A stretch of DNA of 59,387 nt, counting the filler, from Candidatus Woesearchaeota archaeon CG1_02_57_44 (GTDB lineage Archaea; Nanobdellota; Nanobdellia; Woesearchaeales; CG1-02-57-44), in NCBI GenBank assembly GCA_001871415.1. It is 6 parts of 6 records of this genome, joined end to end, with 100 filler letters (N's around TTAATTAATTAA, not from the genome) between each part and the next. Parts side by side here need not be neighbours in the genome. Positions count along the whole stretch, not along the records: positions 1 to 26,512 come from MNWW01000048.1; 5 more parts are not named here. One strand, given 5' to 3'. A program made the translations under genes and the position numbers. Below, piece by piece: positions 16,345 through 25,944 of this stretch (within the stretch, counting starts at the first letter, position 1; the number at the start of each line of letters is the position of its first letter). The notes under the pieces were generated by a model that saw only the letters and a list, made by a program, of their open reading frames with translations, had not been told where the DNA came from and searched no databases.

Positions 16345-17307
16345 ATGAAACGAAAGATAATACGCCAGGGCCACAACACCTTGACCATCACCCTGCCCAG
16401 CGCCTGGGTGAAGAAATGCGACTTGCATTCAGGCGACGAGGTCGAGATAAGCGAGACCAACAAGGCCCTGGTCGTGAGCGCCCAGAGCAATGTATCGGGC
16501 AGCAAAGTGACCCTGGACGTGTCAGGATTCTCCATCCCCCTCATCTGGAAGCACGTGCTCAGCGCTTATCGCGCGGGCTACGACGAGATAATCGTGCGCT
16601 ACAACCCACGCGACAGCAAACGAAACTTCTATACGGCGTTCTCCTATGACACCCTCGCCTACATAAATGAGAAAGAGGAGCTGAGCACACCTGAGCTCAT
16701 ACAGGCCCTGGTCAACCGCCTCGTGGGCGTAGAGATCATAGACCAAAAGGAAGCCTACTGCGTGATCCGCGAGCTTGGAGAGACCACCTACAAGGAGTTC
16801 AACAACGCACTGCGACGCATCTTCCTCATCATCAAGTCCATGAGCGAAGAACTCATCGAGGCGATAGATGGCAGCAAGACATTGCTCAAGCGCATCCACA
16901 TGGAGGACACGAACCTTGACCGCTTTGAGGACTTCTGCATCAGGGTGCTCAACAAGCGTGGCTACGAGGATTTCCGCAAGACACCGACCATGCACAGCAT
17001 CATTTTTCTGCTGGAGATGGTGGGCGACGAGTTCAAGGGCTTGGCGGCCGTCCTGAACCAGAAAACAAAAGTCTCTGCTCCCATGCATAAGGCGCTCGAG
17101 GACATCAGCCGTATGTTCGATACCTACTACGGCATGTTCTACAGCTTCCGGAAGGAATCAGCGAACGCCCTGCTGGAGATGGAGAAGAAGATCCTCAAGC
17201 AATTAGAGCAAGTGCCAGCCTCGCAGACGCGCATGGCGCATCACGTGAAAAAAATAGTCAAGCTCATCTCGTCGCTGGCGGAGCTGAGGATGGACCTGGA
17301 AGTGTAG
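16345..17307 (+). CDS. AbrB/MazE-type DNA-binding plus PhoU-like domain regulator
   Basis: N-terminal KRKIIRQG..TITLPSAWVK..GDEV, SAYRAGYDEI and a helical C-terminal domain. GGTGA Shine-Dalgarno. Confidence 0.85.
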   Translation: MKRKIIRQGHNTLTITLPSAWVKKCDLHSGDEVEISETNKALVVSAQSNVSGSKVTLDVSGFSIPLIWKHVLSAYRAGYDEIIVRYNPRDSKRNFYTAFSYDTLAYINEKEELSTPELIQALVNRLVGVEIIDQKEAYCVIRELGETTYKEFNNALRRIFLIIKSMSEELIEAIDGSKTLLKRIHMEDTNLDRFEDFCIRVLNKRGYEDFRKTPTMHSIIFLLEMVGDEFKGLAAVLNQKTKVSAPMHKALEDISRMFDTYYGMFYSFRKESANALLEMEKKILKQLEQVPASQTRMAHHVKKIVKLISSLAELRMDLEV

Positions 17308-17386
17308 GTCGCGCGTCAGCCGAGCGAATGTCGCCCACCACAGCGCCACCCCTCCTGCTGCTTCTGTCAGTCATACAGTACCGCGC

Positions 17387-18715
17387 TCACCAGGTCAGCT
17401 TCTCGAGCAGCGTCCTGCAGGAGAGGATCTCGCGGAACATCTTGCCCGCCTGCTCGAGCACCATCTCCCGTGCGAGGGACTGCGGGAGCGTCGTGCCGTC
17501 GCGCCATCCTCGGGCGCGCGCGTGCGTGAGCAGATCGTCGCTCACGCTCTTGCGGGTGCGCAACATATGACGCAGAGGTTCCATGAGTATATGGACTTTC
17601 TTTGGTGCCTGCTGCGACGCCAGGTTATAGAGCGACGAGCAATACGCATGCACCTTGGCATTGGCGAGCCCTTCACGGGCAGAGAGGAGCTGCAGCTCGT
17701 CGCGCACCATTTGCGCAGAAGGGATGCTCAGGATACCATCCCGCGTCGTGATGTCCCTCGCCTTAGGATCAACGATCACCCGCGCGCCATCCTCATACAG
17801 GAGGCGTGATGCGTACTTGAGCAGCACCGCGACCGCGATGACAAGGCTTGGCCGATTGACATCCATACCGCGCTGCTCGATGGTACCAAGCTTGTTGACC
17901 TTGACAGGACCCCAGCAGGTGTCCAGGACCGACGCGTACTGCGCACGCGCCCCTTTGCTCTCGAGCAGCTTCATCCAATAGTCGTTACGGTTGTTGATAA
18001 GCCCCAGCAACGCAGGGACATCATCGACATAATCAGGCAATGCCCCTATGAGCGGGTGCGCCGTATAGAGCCCTCGCGGATAATCGAGCGCAGCACCACC
18101 ACGATAGATAATGACCCTGGAATCCTTTCCCAGGTGCTGGCCTTGGTAGAACGGCGAGCTCTGCATGAACGCGGTGATGACCGGGTCGACCGCGAGAGCG
18201 AAATTGTGCAGGTTCACCATGACCTGCGCTTTTTTTGCGTTGAGCCGCAGCATCGACGACGGCTCCAAGCCGAAGCCTTCAGCGACCGGAAGTTCGAAAT
18301 GGAAGTGGTAGCCGCACGCCCGTCCCGCGATGGGAAACCTGTTGCCAAAGACCTTTTTCTTGGCAGCGTATCCGTCACCCGTGCGCATGGATGGCCTGAA
18401 CACGCCAGGATAGGTCCCCAAGGGAAGCACCATGCATCCGTGGGCGTTCGCTCCCGCCATGAGCGCCTCGAGGTTGTCTAGCAGGCTCTTGAGCGCCTCT
18501 CTGCTGAACGCGTGCGGCTCAGCGCCTATCTCCAGCAGATTATGCGCGCATTCCTTGACCACATGATAGGTCGGATCGACCTTGCGCACGCTGTCCAGGA
18601 CTTCGTCCGCCTTGTTGACGACCTGCCCGTGCCGGTCTATGCAGAAGAATTCCAGCTCCATGCCCACGCGGGGCTCGCTGCTCACGACCTGTGTCGGAGA
18701 TGACGATGCGACCAT
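17387..18715 (-). CDS. Glutamate--cysteine ligase family 2 (GCS2/YbdK-like) carboxylate-amine ligase
   Basis: VGMELEF, VKECAHNLLEI, CGYHFH, SSPFYQG, DSR and GTIEQRGMD. Confidence 0.85.
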   Translation of the reverse strand: MVASSSPTQVVSSEPRVGMELEFFCIDRHGQVVNKADEVLDSVRKVDPTYHVVKECAHNLLEIGAEPHAFSREALKSLLDNLEALMAGANAHGCMVLPLGTYPGVFRPSMRTGDGYAAKKKVFGNRFPIAGRACGYHFHFELPVAEGFGLEPSSMLRLNAKKAQVMVNLHNFALAVDPVITAFMQSSPFYQGQHLGKDSRVIIYRGGAALDYPRGLYTAHPLIGALPDYVDDVPALLGLINNRNDYWMKLLESKGARAQYASVLDTCWGPVKVNKLGTIEQRGMDVNRPSLVIAVAVLLKYASRLLYEDGARVIVDPKARDITTRDGILSIPSAQMVRDELQLLSAREGLANAKVHAYCSSLYNLASQQAPKKVHILMEPLRHMLRTRKSVSDDLLTHARARGWRDGTTLPQSLAREMVLEQAGKMFREILSCRTLLEKLTW

Positions 18716-18819
18716 GGCACGCAAGGCACCCCCATGTTATTTAATGCTTACGCAGGACATCGACACAGCCATCCTGACATCGCAAGCCTTAAATACAACC
18801 GCCATTTTTTATGTAACTT

Positions 18820-19338
18820 ATGAGTGAAGACAATATCCTTAGTAAAGGCCTTTCCAATCGCCCGCACATCCTCGCAATAGAGGATGAAATTGCGATAGCA
18901 AGGTTGCTTCCTCGGATGTTAGGCACCCTCGGGTATGAAGCGACCGTCGTCGGCTCAGCGCAGGAGGTGCGCGAGCTTCTGGATGCGTCCTATGGCATGG
19001 CAGCGTCCGCCATAAAGGGTGGAAGCGCCCTTGGCACTGCTGCAGGCGTGCAAGGCCTTTTGGCGATGGCAGCAGGCACTGAGCCCAAGGGTCCGCAATA
19101 CGCCGCGGTCTTCCTCGACAATGATTGCCCGTACGCGAGAGGAGGGTCTGAGGTCCAGGATTGCGGCTATGGACTTGCCCTGTTCATCCAGGAGACCTAC
19201 ATCGGCCTGCCCGTGGGACTCACTTCAGGGAGAGATAACCCGCAGGGCAACACGACCGTCCCGTTCCTGCAAAAGCCATACAAAAGAGGGGACCTTGAAT
19301 CGTTCCTCGCGAAGCTGGTCAGCGACCGTCACGAGTAG
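18820..19338 (+). CDS. Stand-alone CheY-like receiver-domain protein
   Basis: ILAIEDE, VFLD (phospho-Asp), LTSG and FLQKPY. Confidence 0.8.
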   Translation: MSEDNILSKGLSNRPHILAIEDEIAIARLLPRMLGTLGYEATVVGSAQEVRELLDASYGMAASAIKGGSALGTAAGVQGLLAMAAGTEPKGPQYAAVFLDNDCPYARGGSEVQDCGYGLALFIQETYIGLPVGLTSGRDNPQGNTTVPFLQKPYKRGDLESFLAKLVSDRHE

Positions 19339-20430
19339 CTACGCGCTTTTCTCTCCTATCGCCATCATCGCGGCGATAGCTACCGTGGCATAGCTTCCTT
19401 TCGGCAACCAGAATTCCATACGCAATACCCACGTACCAGGATCCGTCTCATCAACAGCAGCGATGACGCTGACATCCTTCGCCAGACAGAACGCTCTGCG
19501 CTCGACGCCCTCTTCGCTGATGCCCGGCATCTGCCGGATGACGAAACTGCGCTCGTCGAGCCCGTCAGCAGCAAGCGCCTGTATAACCGGGCCATAGACA
19601 AGACCGAAACCGGGCAACGGCAAGGTCTGCTCCACGTCATCGAACTGCACCCCACCGCTCGGATACGCGAGTCCATCGGCTGCAACGACCGCGTCTGATG
19701 CGATCCGCCTGACCTTCTCGGCGAGCAGCGCATTGAAGATGCCGCTCTGGTACGCGTGGACATACATGCGCAGGCGACGCTTGGGCAGCGACTGCAGGTA
19801 GCGAAGCCCGTCGCCATTGGTCACCGCAGATGACGCTGACCCTGCTGCCCCCTCCCGCCCGTCAGCGCCGGCTGCCAAGCCGGCCTCCTCGTCACGCGTC
19901 TCCTGCCCAGCTCGCTCATCCCGGCCGCGCGTTGCGCCAGCGAGCACCGCAGCGTCGCCGAACCTGCGCTGCAGGATGGCAAGCCCTATCTCGCGGTTAT
20001 TGCCCACGAATCGCTGCTCGCCGAAATAGTTCGGGAACATGAATTCATCAGCCACATGCACCGCGGCAGCCACATTGCGCACCGTGATAGTGAACCTGTT
20101 GCCCTTGTTAGAGCCGAGCGTGATAGGCTCATCAGCGAATCCAAGATGCGATACCGTGATGCGCTCGTCTTCGCAGCGCAGCTTCGCTCTGCCCTTGACG
20201 CTGATGTGCTGCTCTGTCACGGCCCTTGCATCCTTGTTGCCCGCGTAGCCGATGGCACGCTGCTGAAGACTATTGACTTTGGCGAGGTGCGCGACCGCTT
20301 GCGGCGTGCTGACGCCTCGCTTCTGCAGCAGGAAGATTCCATACGCTCCAGTCTCATGCAAATCCAGCGCAAGGTCTTCTCTGACGACAAAGTCCTCTGG
20401 CGTTTCCTTGATCACATACCCGTCTGCCAT
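19339..20430 (-). CDS. truD: tRNA pseudouridine(13) synthase
   Basis: PEDFVVRE, YAGNKDARAVTEQ, GNRF, PNYFGEQRF, HAYQS and FWLPKGSYAT. Confidence 0.96.
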   Translation of the reverse strand: MADGYVIKETPEDFVVREDLALDLHETGAYGIFLLQKRGVSTPQAVAHLAKVNSLQQRAIGYAGNKDARAVTEQHISVKGRAKLRCEDERITVSHLGFADEPITLGSNKGNRFTITVRNVAAAVHVADEFMFPNYFGEQRFVGNNREIGLAILQRRFGDAAVLAGATRGRDERAGQETRDEEAGLAAGADGREGAAGSASSAVTNGDGLRYLQSLPKRRLRMYVHAYQSGIFNALLAEKVRRIASDAVVAADGLAYPSGGVQFDDVEQTLPLPGFGLVYGPVIQALAADGLDERSFVIRQMPGISEEGVERRAFCLAKDVSVIAAVDETDPGTWVLRMEFWLPKGSYATVAIAAMMAIGEKSA

Positions 20431-20485
20431 GAGCGCGAGGAATGCATAAAGGTTTAAATAATGCCCCCTGATTCGCGAATATCTT

Positions 20486-20560
20486 GCGCCCGTAGCCTAA
20501 TCTGGATAGGGCGACAGCCTCCTAAGCTGTAGGTTGGGGGTTCGAATCCCCTCGGGCGCG
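20486..20560 (+). tRNA. tRNA-Arg(CCT)
   Basis: GCGCCCG/CGGGCGC acceptor, ACAGC-CTCCTAA-GCTGT anticodon arm, TTCGAAT T-loop. TTTAAATA at 20453-20460. Confidence 0.96.
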
Positions 20561-20600
20561 CTTCTTATTCCACTGATCCGATGCCAGCAGATAACCATCC

Positions 20601-20760
20601 ATCCTGCAAGACCGGCCAGCCGAGCGAAGCGAGTGCTGTCCTTGTTTTGGATCGACCATTTTCCTAAAAGGGTCGTTCGGGACCAATCGGGCGCGTTCTA
20701 TTTATTTCATCTGAGCAATAATGCACCAATCCTGCAAGACCGGCCAGCCGAGCGAAGCGA
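20601..20760. repeat. Pair of 32-bp perfect direct repeats (20601-20632 and 20729-20760)
   Basis: ATCCTGCAAGACCGGCCAGCCGAGCGAAGCGA twice, separated by 96 bp. Confidence 0.9.
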
Positions 20761-20794
20761 TGGCCGACCACAACCTTTTCTTGCCCAAAGGATT

Positions 20795-22012
20795 ATGAAC
20801 CTAGCCTCCCACCCTCTGCGCATGGCGCAGCGATTGCGAAGGAAAGGAGAAGAACGCCTCAGCGGACCCATCACGACGGCCTTCAGACGCGCCATCATTG
20901 ATCTTCGCTCCTGCTACCGGGACGGCAGGGGCATCAACGCGGGCGCGCATCAATTCGCGGACCTCTGGGCGCGCGATAGTTGCTTCGCGTCCTGGGGCGC
21001 GCTCGCCATAGGCGACACGGCCATCGTGCAGCAGAACCTGCTGACCTTCGCCGACGCCATGCGCGATGATCAGGTGCCCTTGCGTATCGGCGCGAGGAGC
21101 ATGGCAATCACCCTGACGTGCGCTGCATTGCGCCTGCCCGGGCGCGGTCCGCAAGGATACGCGTACAGCGAGGACAAACTGCGTCACATCCCGACCGATG
21201 GCAATAGCCTGTTCATCATCACCGCAGCGGCGCTGCTCGATAGGAAGGACCATCTGACCAAGGATCAGCGAGCGCGCATCCATGCCGCCATGCTGCGGGC
21301 AGACCGATGGAACCAGCGGCAGTGCGACCGCGCAGGACTCATCCGAGAGACTTCCTATGCGTCCTGGGCGGATGCGGTGAGGAAGCGCGGCGCTGTGCTC
21401 TACACGAATGTCCTGTACTGGAAGGCGCTGACAGATCTGGCATCGCTGAGCAGTCGCCTGAGGGACAGGCAGCAGGCGGACAGTTACAGGAGATGCGCGC
21501 AGAAGGTGCAGGCGGGCATCAACGCGCGGCTGTGGAACGGGTCCTATTTCTCTGATTGGGCGGATGCCTCGCGACGAGATATCTTCAGCGCGGATGGCAA
21601 TCTGCTCGCGGTCTGGTGGGGCCTTGCGACAAGACGACAGGCAACGGCCCTGCTCCGCTACGCAGAACAGCAGGACATCTGGACCATCCCTGCGAAGACA
21701 ACGGACCGGCCATACCGGCAGCAGGAGACCAGTCTCCTGCTCCGTGCCCTCGGTATGGGGGATTATCATAGCCATGCCGTCTGGCCCTGGCTGGGCGCTC
21801 TGGCGGCATTGGCCAACCAACGGGCAGGAAACCGGAGGGCGGCTCTTGCGATCCTCCACACCATGGCAGGGACCATCAACACCCACGGGACGCAGGAGAT
21901 CCTCGACCAGGACGGCATACCGCTGCGTCGTCTTCTCTACCGGAGCGAGCATCCATTCGCGTGGACCGCCGGGTTATTCATCCTGGCATGCAGAGAGACG
22001 AGTATGACGTGA
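20795..22012 (+). CDS. Six-hairpin glycosidase (amylo-alpha-1,6-glucosidase/glycogen debranching-like)
   Basis: AGAHQFADLWARD, SWAD, YTNVLY, DYHSHAVWPW and FAWTAG. The start is uncertain (20795 or 20822). Confidence 0.8.
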   Translation: MNLASHPLRMAQRLRRKGEERLSGPITTAFRRAIIDLRSCYRDGRGINAGAHQFADLWARDSCFASWGALAIGDTAIVQQNLLTFADAMRDDQVPLRIGARSMAITLTCAALRLPGRGPQGYAYSEDKLRHIPTDGNSLFIITAAALLDRKDHLTKDQRARIHAAMLRADRWNQRQCDRAGLIRETSYASWADAVRKRGAVLYTNVLYWKALTDLASLSSRLRDRQQADSYRRCAQKVQAGINARLWNGSYFSDWADASRRDIFSADGNLLAVWWGLATRRQATALLRYAEQQDIWTIPAKTTDRPYRQQETSLLLRALGMGDYHSHAVWPWLGALAALANQRAGNRRAALAILHTMAGTINTHGTQEILDQDGIPLRRLLYRSEHPFAWTAGLFILACRETSMT

Positions 22013-22148
22013 TGATGCGAACATGATCCGGAGGCCGCCATGAGCCCCGTCCGTGAGAGCAATCCTCGCGCGTCAAATCGAAACGTTCATATAATGCCTG
22101 TCTGCCTTCAACTCCATGCCTCCGGACAGGTACCGTGACCTCTTCTCC

Positions 22149-22886
22149 ATGGCGAGGGTCATCGACGCGCACGCCCACATCGGAGAGGACAAGGACGGCC
22201 ATAAGATGGGCGGCGCAGGCATTATCAAACTGATGGACCAATTCGGCATCGACCGCTCTGTCGTCTTCGCCCTCAACACCGCCAGGACCCCGAAGGACTT
22301 TGTGCTCGAGAATACCACGGTCTATCGCGCGTTCCGGCGCTACCCTGACCGGCTCATCCCGTTCTTCCGTCTCAATCCGCATCTGGACTGGCGCAAGGAA
22401 TTCAACCGTTGCAGGGAGCTTGGGTTCATGGGCGTGAAGCTGCATCCTCGCAGTCAGAATTTCCCCTTGCTCTCCGGACAGGCGAAGGCCATCTATCGCG
22501 AGTGCGAATCTACAGGCATGCCTGTGCTGATCCACGCAGGATTTGGCGTCAGCAACGCTGCCAAAGGATTCTATCAGATGAAAAAAGAGTTCCCTGCCCT
22601 CAAGCTCATCGTTGGCCATGCCTGTTTTGTTGACCTGTTTGAAGCCATGCGCCTGCTGCGAAAAGCGCCCTTTGTGGTGCTGGAGACCAGCACCGTGCGC
22701 ATCTTCGATCTCTATGACCTGCTGCGTCACTTCCCTGCTGAGAAGATTGTCTTCGGCTCCGACGCCCCCTACTATGACCATTGGGTATCCCTGCAGATGC
22801 TCGTCGACACAGCGCTGGTGTTGCGCAAGAGCACACGGGAGATACGAGGCATGCTGGGCGAGAACATCTGGGGGTGGTTCATATGA
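22149..22886 (+). CDS. Amidohydrolase_2-family metal-dependent hydrolase
   Basis: IDAHAH, GVKLHP, VLIHAG, IVGHA and IVFGSDAPY. Confidence 0.9.
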   Translation: MARVIDAHAHIGEDKDGHKMGGAGIIKLMDQFGIDRSVVFALNTARTPKDFVLENTTVYRAFRRYPDRLIPFFRLNPHLDWRKEFNRCRELGFMGVKLHPRSQNFPLLSGQAKAIYRECESTGMPVLIHAGFGVSNAAKGFYQMKKEFPALKLIVGHACFVDLFEAMRLLRKAPFVVLETSTVRIFDLYDLLRHFPAEKIVFGSDAPYYDHWVSLQMLVDTALVLRKSTREIRGMLGENIWGWFI

Positions 22887-23254
22887 ATGCTCCACTGGAC
22901 TCCTTCAACAAGACCCTGCGCTCCCTGCTGCCAGGAAACAGCACAGAGCAAATCGTTGACTACCTGCGCATCTATACGCATCTTATCAGGGCTACAGAAA
23001 ACCTTAACCCGCAGCAGTATCGCAGGGCGTTCCAGCTCGTCCGCATCGTCTATGACCGAACCCGCGCATCAACAAACAAGCAGGAGCATCGTCACATGCA
23101 GGGCATCCGTGACATCACCAAGCAGGTATTGGGACTGCAGAGCAAGATCGCCAAGCACCTGGACCAGGCGGATCCGATGCACGCGGTCACCAAACTGCAG
23201 CACGCGCAGAACATCTGTGTGCTGCGCATCATCGAGCTGAGCATGAACAACTAG
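22883..23254 (+). CDS. Hypothetical protein
   Basis: ATGA overlap with the upstream stop; helical composition. Confidence 0.55.
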   Translation: MNAPLDSFNKTLRSLLPGNSTEQIVDYLRIYTHLIRATENLNPQQYRRAFQLVRIVYDRTRASTNKQEHRHMQGIRDITKQVLGLQSKIAKHLDQADPMHAVTKLQHAQNICVLRIIELSMNN

Positions 23255-23356
23255 CGGCCATCTGCACAGCAGGCCTTGCCCTCGGACATATCGACCCTAG
23301 ATACTGAAAAGAGTTTCTCCGCAATCTTAATAACATCCGCAGGATTCCTTCCTGCC

Positions 23357-23962
23357 ATGCGCATCCTCGCAGCGTCAGACATCCACGGCGACCGCCAGCA
23401 GGCAGAGCGCCTCGCTGAGCAGGCCGAGAAGGAGAACGTTGATCTGGTAGTGCTCTGCGGCGACCTCACGCATTTCGAGGAGTCCACGGAGGGCATCATC
23501 GGCCCGTTCGTCAAGCGCCATAAGAAGGTCGTCATCATACCGGGCAACCATGAGAGCGTAGCGACCACTGATTTTCTCGCGGAAGTCTATGGCGTCGTGA
23601 ACCTGCATGGCTACTCCATCAAGTACAAGGACATCGGTTTCTTCGGCTGCGGCGGCGCGAACATCCCGCCGTTCCAGCTTGCGGAGAGCGATATCTTCTC
23701 GTTGCTCGAGAAAGGATATCAAGGCGTGCGGGCGAGCAGGACCAAGGTGCTCGTCAGCCACGTGCATCCGGACGGCAGCACCATCGACCAATTCACTAAG
23801 ATTTTTCCCGGCAGCAAGGGGCTCAAGAAGGCCATCGACACGTTCAAACCAGACATTGTTCTGTGCGGCCATGTGCACGAGGCTGAAGGCATTGAAGAGA
23901 TTCTCGGCAAGACCCGTGTCATCAATGTGGGCAGGGGTGGCAAGATCATTGAGTTGAAGTGA
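23357..23962 (+). CDS. Calcineurin-like metallophosphoesterase
   Basis: SDIHG, CGD, GNHE, HVHP and CGHVHE. Confidence 0.93.
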   Translation: MRILAASDIHGDRQQAERLAEQAEKENVDLVVLCGDLTHFEESTEGIIGPFVKRHKKVVIIPGNHESVATTDFLAEVYGVVNLHGYSIKYKDIGFFGCGGANIPPFQLAESDIFSLLEKGYQGVRASRTKVLVSHVHPDGSTIDQFTKIFPGSKGLKKAIDTFKPDIVLCGHVHEAEGIEEILGKTRVINVGRGGKIIELK

Positions 23963-24016
23963 GAACCGCTGCCTTCAGCTATCGCATCCCCGAAGCCTTC
24001 TGTCGTTCTTTCTGGC

Positions 24017-24394
24017 TCACCTCTTCCAGTAATAGAGCCGCACGATGCGCGGCCGATAGACGGTCTCATTGCCCGCGACAAAGGTTGATTCCACCCAGAC
24101 GTTCTTCGCTGGCAGCTGCGGTGCCGTTCCTTCCGCAGTACGAGATGACACCAGTAGGAAATCATAGTTCTGCTGCACGTACTCCCTGACAATGGCGTCA
24201 GCGCAAGCGATATCATCAGCGACGATGCATCCTCTGAAGCTTCTATCCTGCATGAGCGAGGGCATGATGTCCAGCGGGTCGGCGCGCTCATGACGTATGG
24301 CAGTGGCGAGGATTGCGACAAAGACCATGATGGCCGAGACCGCGAGGAAGGCTTCAAGGGTCTTGTACATGGCATTCTTCTGCATCATCACCAC
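24017..24394 (-). CDS. Small class III signal peptide (pilin-like) protein
   Basis: QKNA-MYKTLEAFLAV hydrophobic N-terminus and C-terminal RIVRLYYW. Overlaps the upstream gene. Confidence 0.7.
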   Translation of the reverse strand: MVMMQKNAMYKTLEAFLAVSAIMVFVAILATAIRHERADPLDIMPSLMQDRSFRGCIVADDIACADAIVREYVQQNYDFLLVSSRTAEGTAPQLPAKNVWVESTFVAGNETVYRPRIVRLYYWKR

Positions 24395-25599
24395 ACCCTC
24401 AGGTTGAATCGCGCCCGCGAGACGCTGCCGTCGGCAGCGAGTATCTGCACGGCCTCGTCTTTGACTTTGACAGTTATCGCGCTGCCAGGACTAGGACCGA
24501 TGTCTATGAGCGTATCAGTATCGTTGTACAGCACAATCTTGAAATCAGTCGTGGAAGGCATACGCCATCGTTTCTTGAGCGCGCCATAGTCCTCTGCCGC
24601 GATAGATGACAGGCGTGATAGAGACAGCCCTCCCCTGGCATCCGCAAGGCCCAGCTTCATGATAGGCAGTTCCTGATACCGGGAGGTGATGTTGATAGCG
24701 CCTTCATGTGGTGAGACCGTAAGTCGCGTATTGTTGGCAGACAAGGTGAGATTCAGCAACAGTGTGGTATTGGCCGTGCATAGCCTGACGCCCAATTCCG
24801 TATCAGCACTGAATAACAGCTGATAGGTCCCTGCGAGAGCGACGCGATGCGACGTGTAATTGGCGCAGGAATCGACCGTGTAATTGAACGTGCCCACATG
24901 CAGCGCATCTGACCAGTAGCTGCCAAACCGGGTGAGATTCATGGCGAAGGTGACATTGCCCGGATCTGCATCGCGCGACACGAGCATAAGCTGCAGCTGA
25001 GGGTTCCTGTCAAAGACGACCGTGCGAAGGTAGTACGGATCGAAGTAGCCGCGGTGAAGCGAGACGACGCGCGCGTCAGTATCATTGGAGACATGCCCCC
25101 GCGGGCTCAAAGCGCTGATGAGCGTCGCATTTCGGTACGTCAGGGTGTCAGGCGTTCCGTTCAGGAACGTGACGCTGAAGTTGTAGGCGAGCAGGGTCGT
25201 GATGTCCTCTGCGTGCTGGATGCCGCTCCAGGGGCTGCTCTGGTTGGAGGCGTTGATGAGCACGAGCAGGTTGCTGCCCGCCGTGGCATTGACGAGGAAA
25301 TAGCGCTGGCCTGCTTCCTCATGGTAGGGCCTCATATCAGCGAAGCTGAAATTCGGCGTGGCAGGCCCGATGACAGGGGTATTGCGCAGCGAATGATTGC
25401 TGATGATGGTGGCCGGCAGCAGTTCAACAGTCCAGTACGCCTCCTGCGATGCCTTCTCCAGCACGTCAAGCAATGGCGAGAGGTCCTGCGCCGGCACCTG
25501 CCGGGGGAGCAGAAAGACGAAGAACCAGGTGACGAAGATGAGGAAGATAGCCAGGGAAATAGACCAGTCTACGTAGGAGGCGCCTCTTTTTTCCCGCAT
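24388..25599 (-). CDS. Class III signal peptide (pilin-like) glycoprotein
   Basis: EKRG-ASYVDWSISLAIFLIF, many N-x-S/T sequons, C-terminal LRVW. Confidence 0.8.
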   Translation of the reverse strand: MREKRGASYVDWSISLAIFLIFVTWFFVFLLPRQVPAQDLSPLLDVLEKASQEAYWTVELLPATIISNHSLRNTPVIGPATPNFSFADMRPYHEEAGQRYFLVNATAGSNLLVLINASNQSSPWSGIQHAEDITTLLAYNFSVTFLNGTPDTLTYRNATLISALSPRGHVSNDTDARVVSLHRGYFDPYYLRTVVFDRNPQLQLMLVSRDADPGNVTFAMNLTRFGSYWSDALHVGTFNYTVDSCANYTSHRVALAGTYQLLFSADTELGVRLCTANTTLLLNLTLSANNTRLTVSPHEGAINITSRYQELPIMKLGLADARGGLSLSRLSSIAAEDYGALKKRWRMPSTTDFKIVLYNDTDTLIDIGPSPGSAITVKVKDEAVQILAADGSVSRARFNLRVW

Positions 25600-25668
25600 G
25601 GGCAGCATAGCAGCCGAAGGGCTTTATAAGGTTTTGCGGGGACCCCTGGGAGAAGACCGACCATAAGA

Positions 25669-25691
25669 CATATTAATACCACATTAATACC
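25669..25691 (+). promoter_or_regulatory. Promoter/operator of the toxin-antitoxin operon
   Basis: ATTAATACC twice with an 11-bp period over the TATA region, followed by an AGGTGA Shine-Dalgarno. Confidence 0.55.
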
Positions 25692-25707
25692 GAATTAAGG
25701 TGATACT

Positions 25708-25944
25708 ATGGTGCAAGCGATAATCAACATATCAGACCATACAAACAGGGTGCTCAATATCCTGAAAGCCAAGCACGGGCTCAACGATAAGTCAGCGGCT
25801 ATCGACCTCATGGCCCAGCACTATGAAGCCCACATCATGGAGCCCGAATTGCGCCCAGAATACGTGGAAAAAGCCAGGAAGATACAAGCTCAGAATTCCA
25901 TCAGGATCGGCAGTGTCGCTGAGCTGAGGAAACGGTATGAATGA
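25708..25944 (+). CDS. Antitoxin (DUF2683-like)
   Basis: MVQAIINI..NRVLNILKAKHGLNDKSAAI..EPELRPEY; overlaps the toxin start. Confidence 0.8.
   Translation: MVQAIINISDHTNRVLNILKAKHGLNDKSAAIDLMAQHYEAHIMEPELRPEYVEKARKIQAQNSIRIGSVAELRKRYE

Noticed and set aside
20601..20760. Mini CRISPR array
   Set aside because: Only two repeats, a 96-bp spacer that is too long, and no cas genes.
20534..20794. N-terminal extension of the glycosidase ORF
   Set aside because: It overlaps the tRNA-Arg gene and the repeat pair; the real start is downstream.
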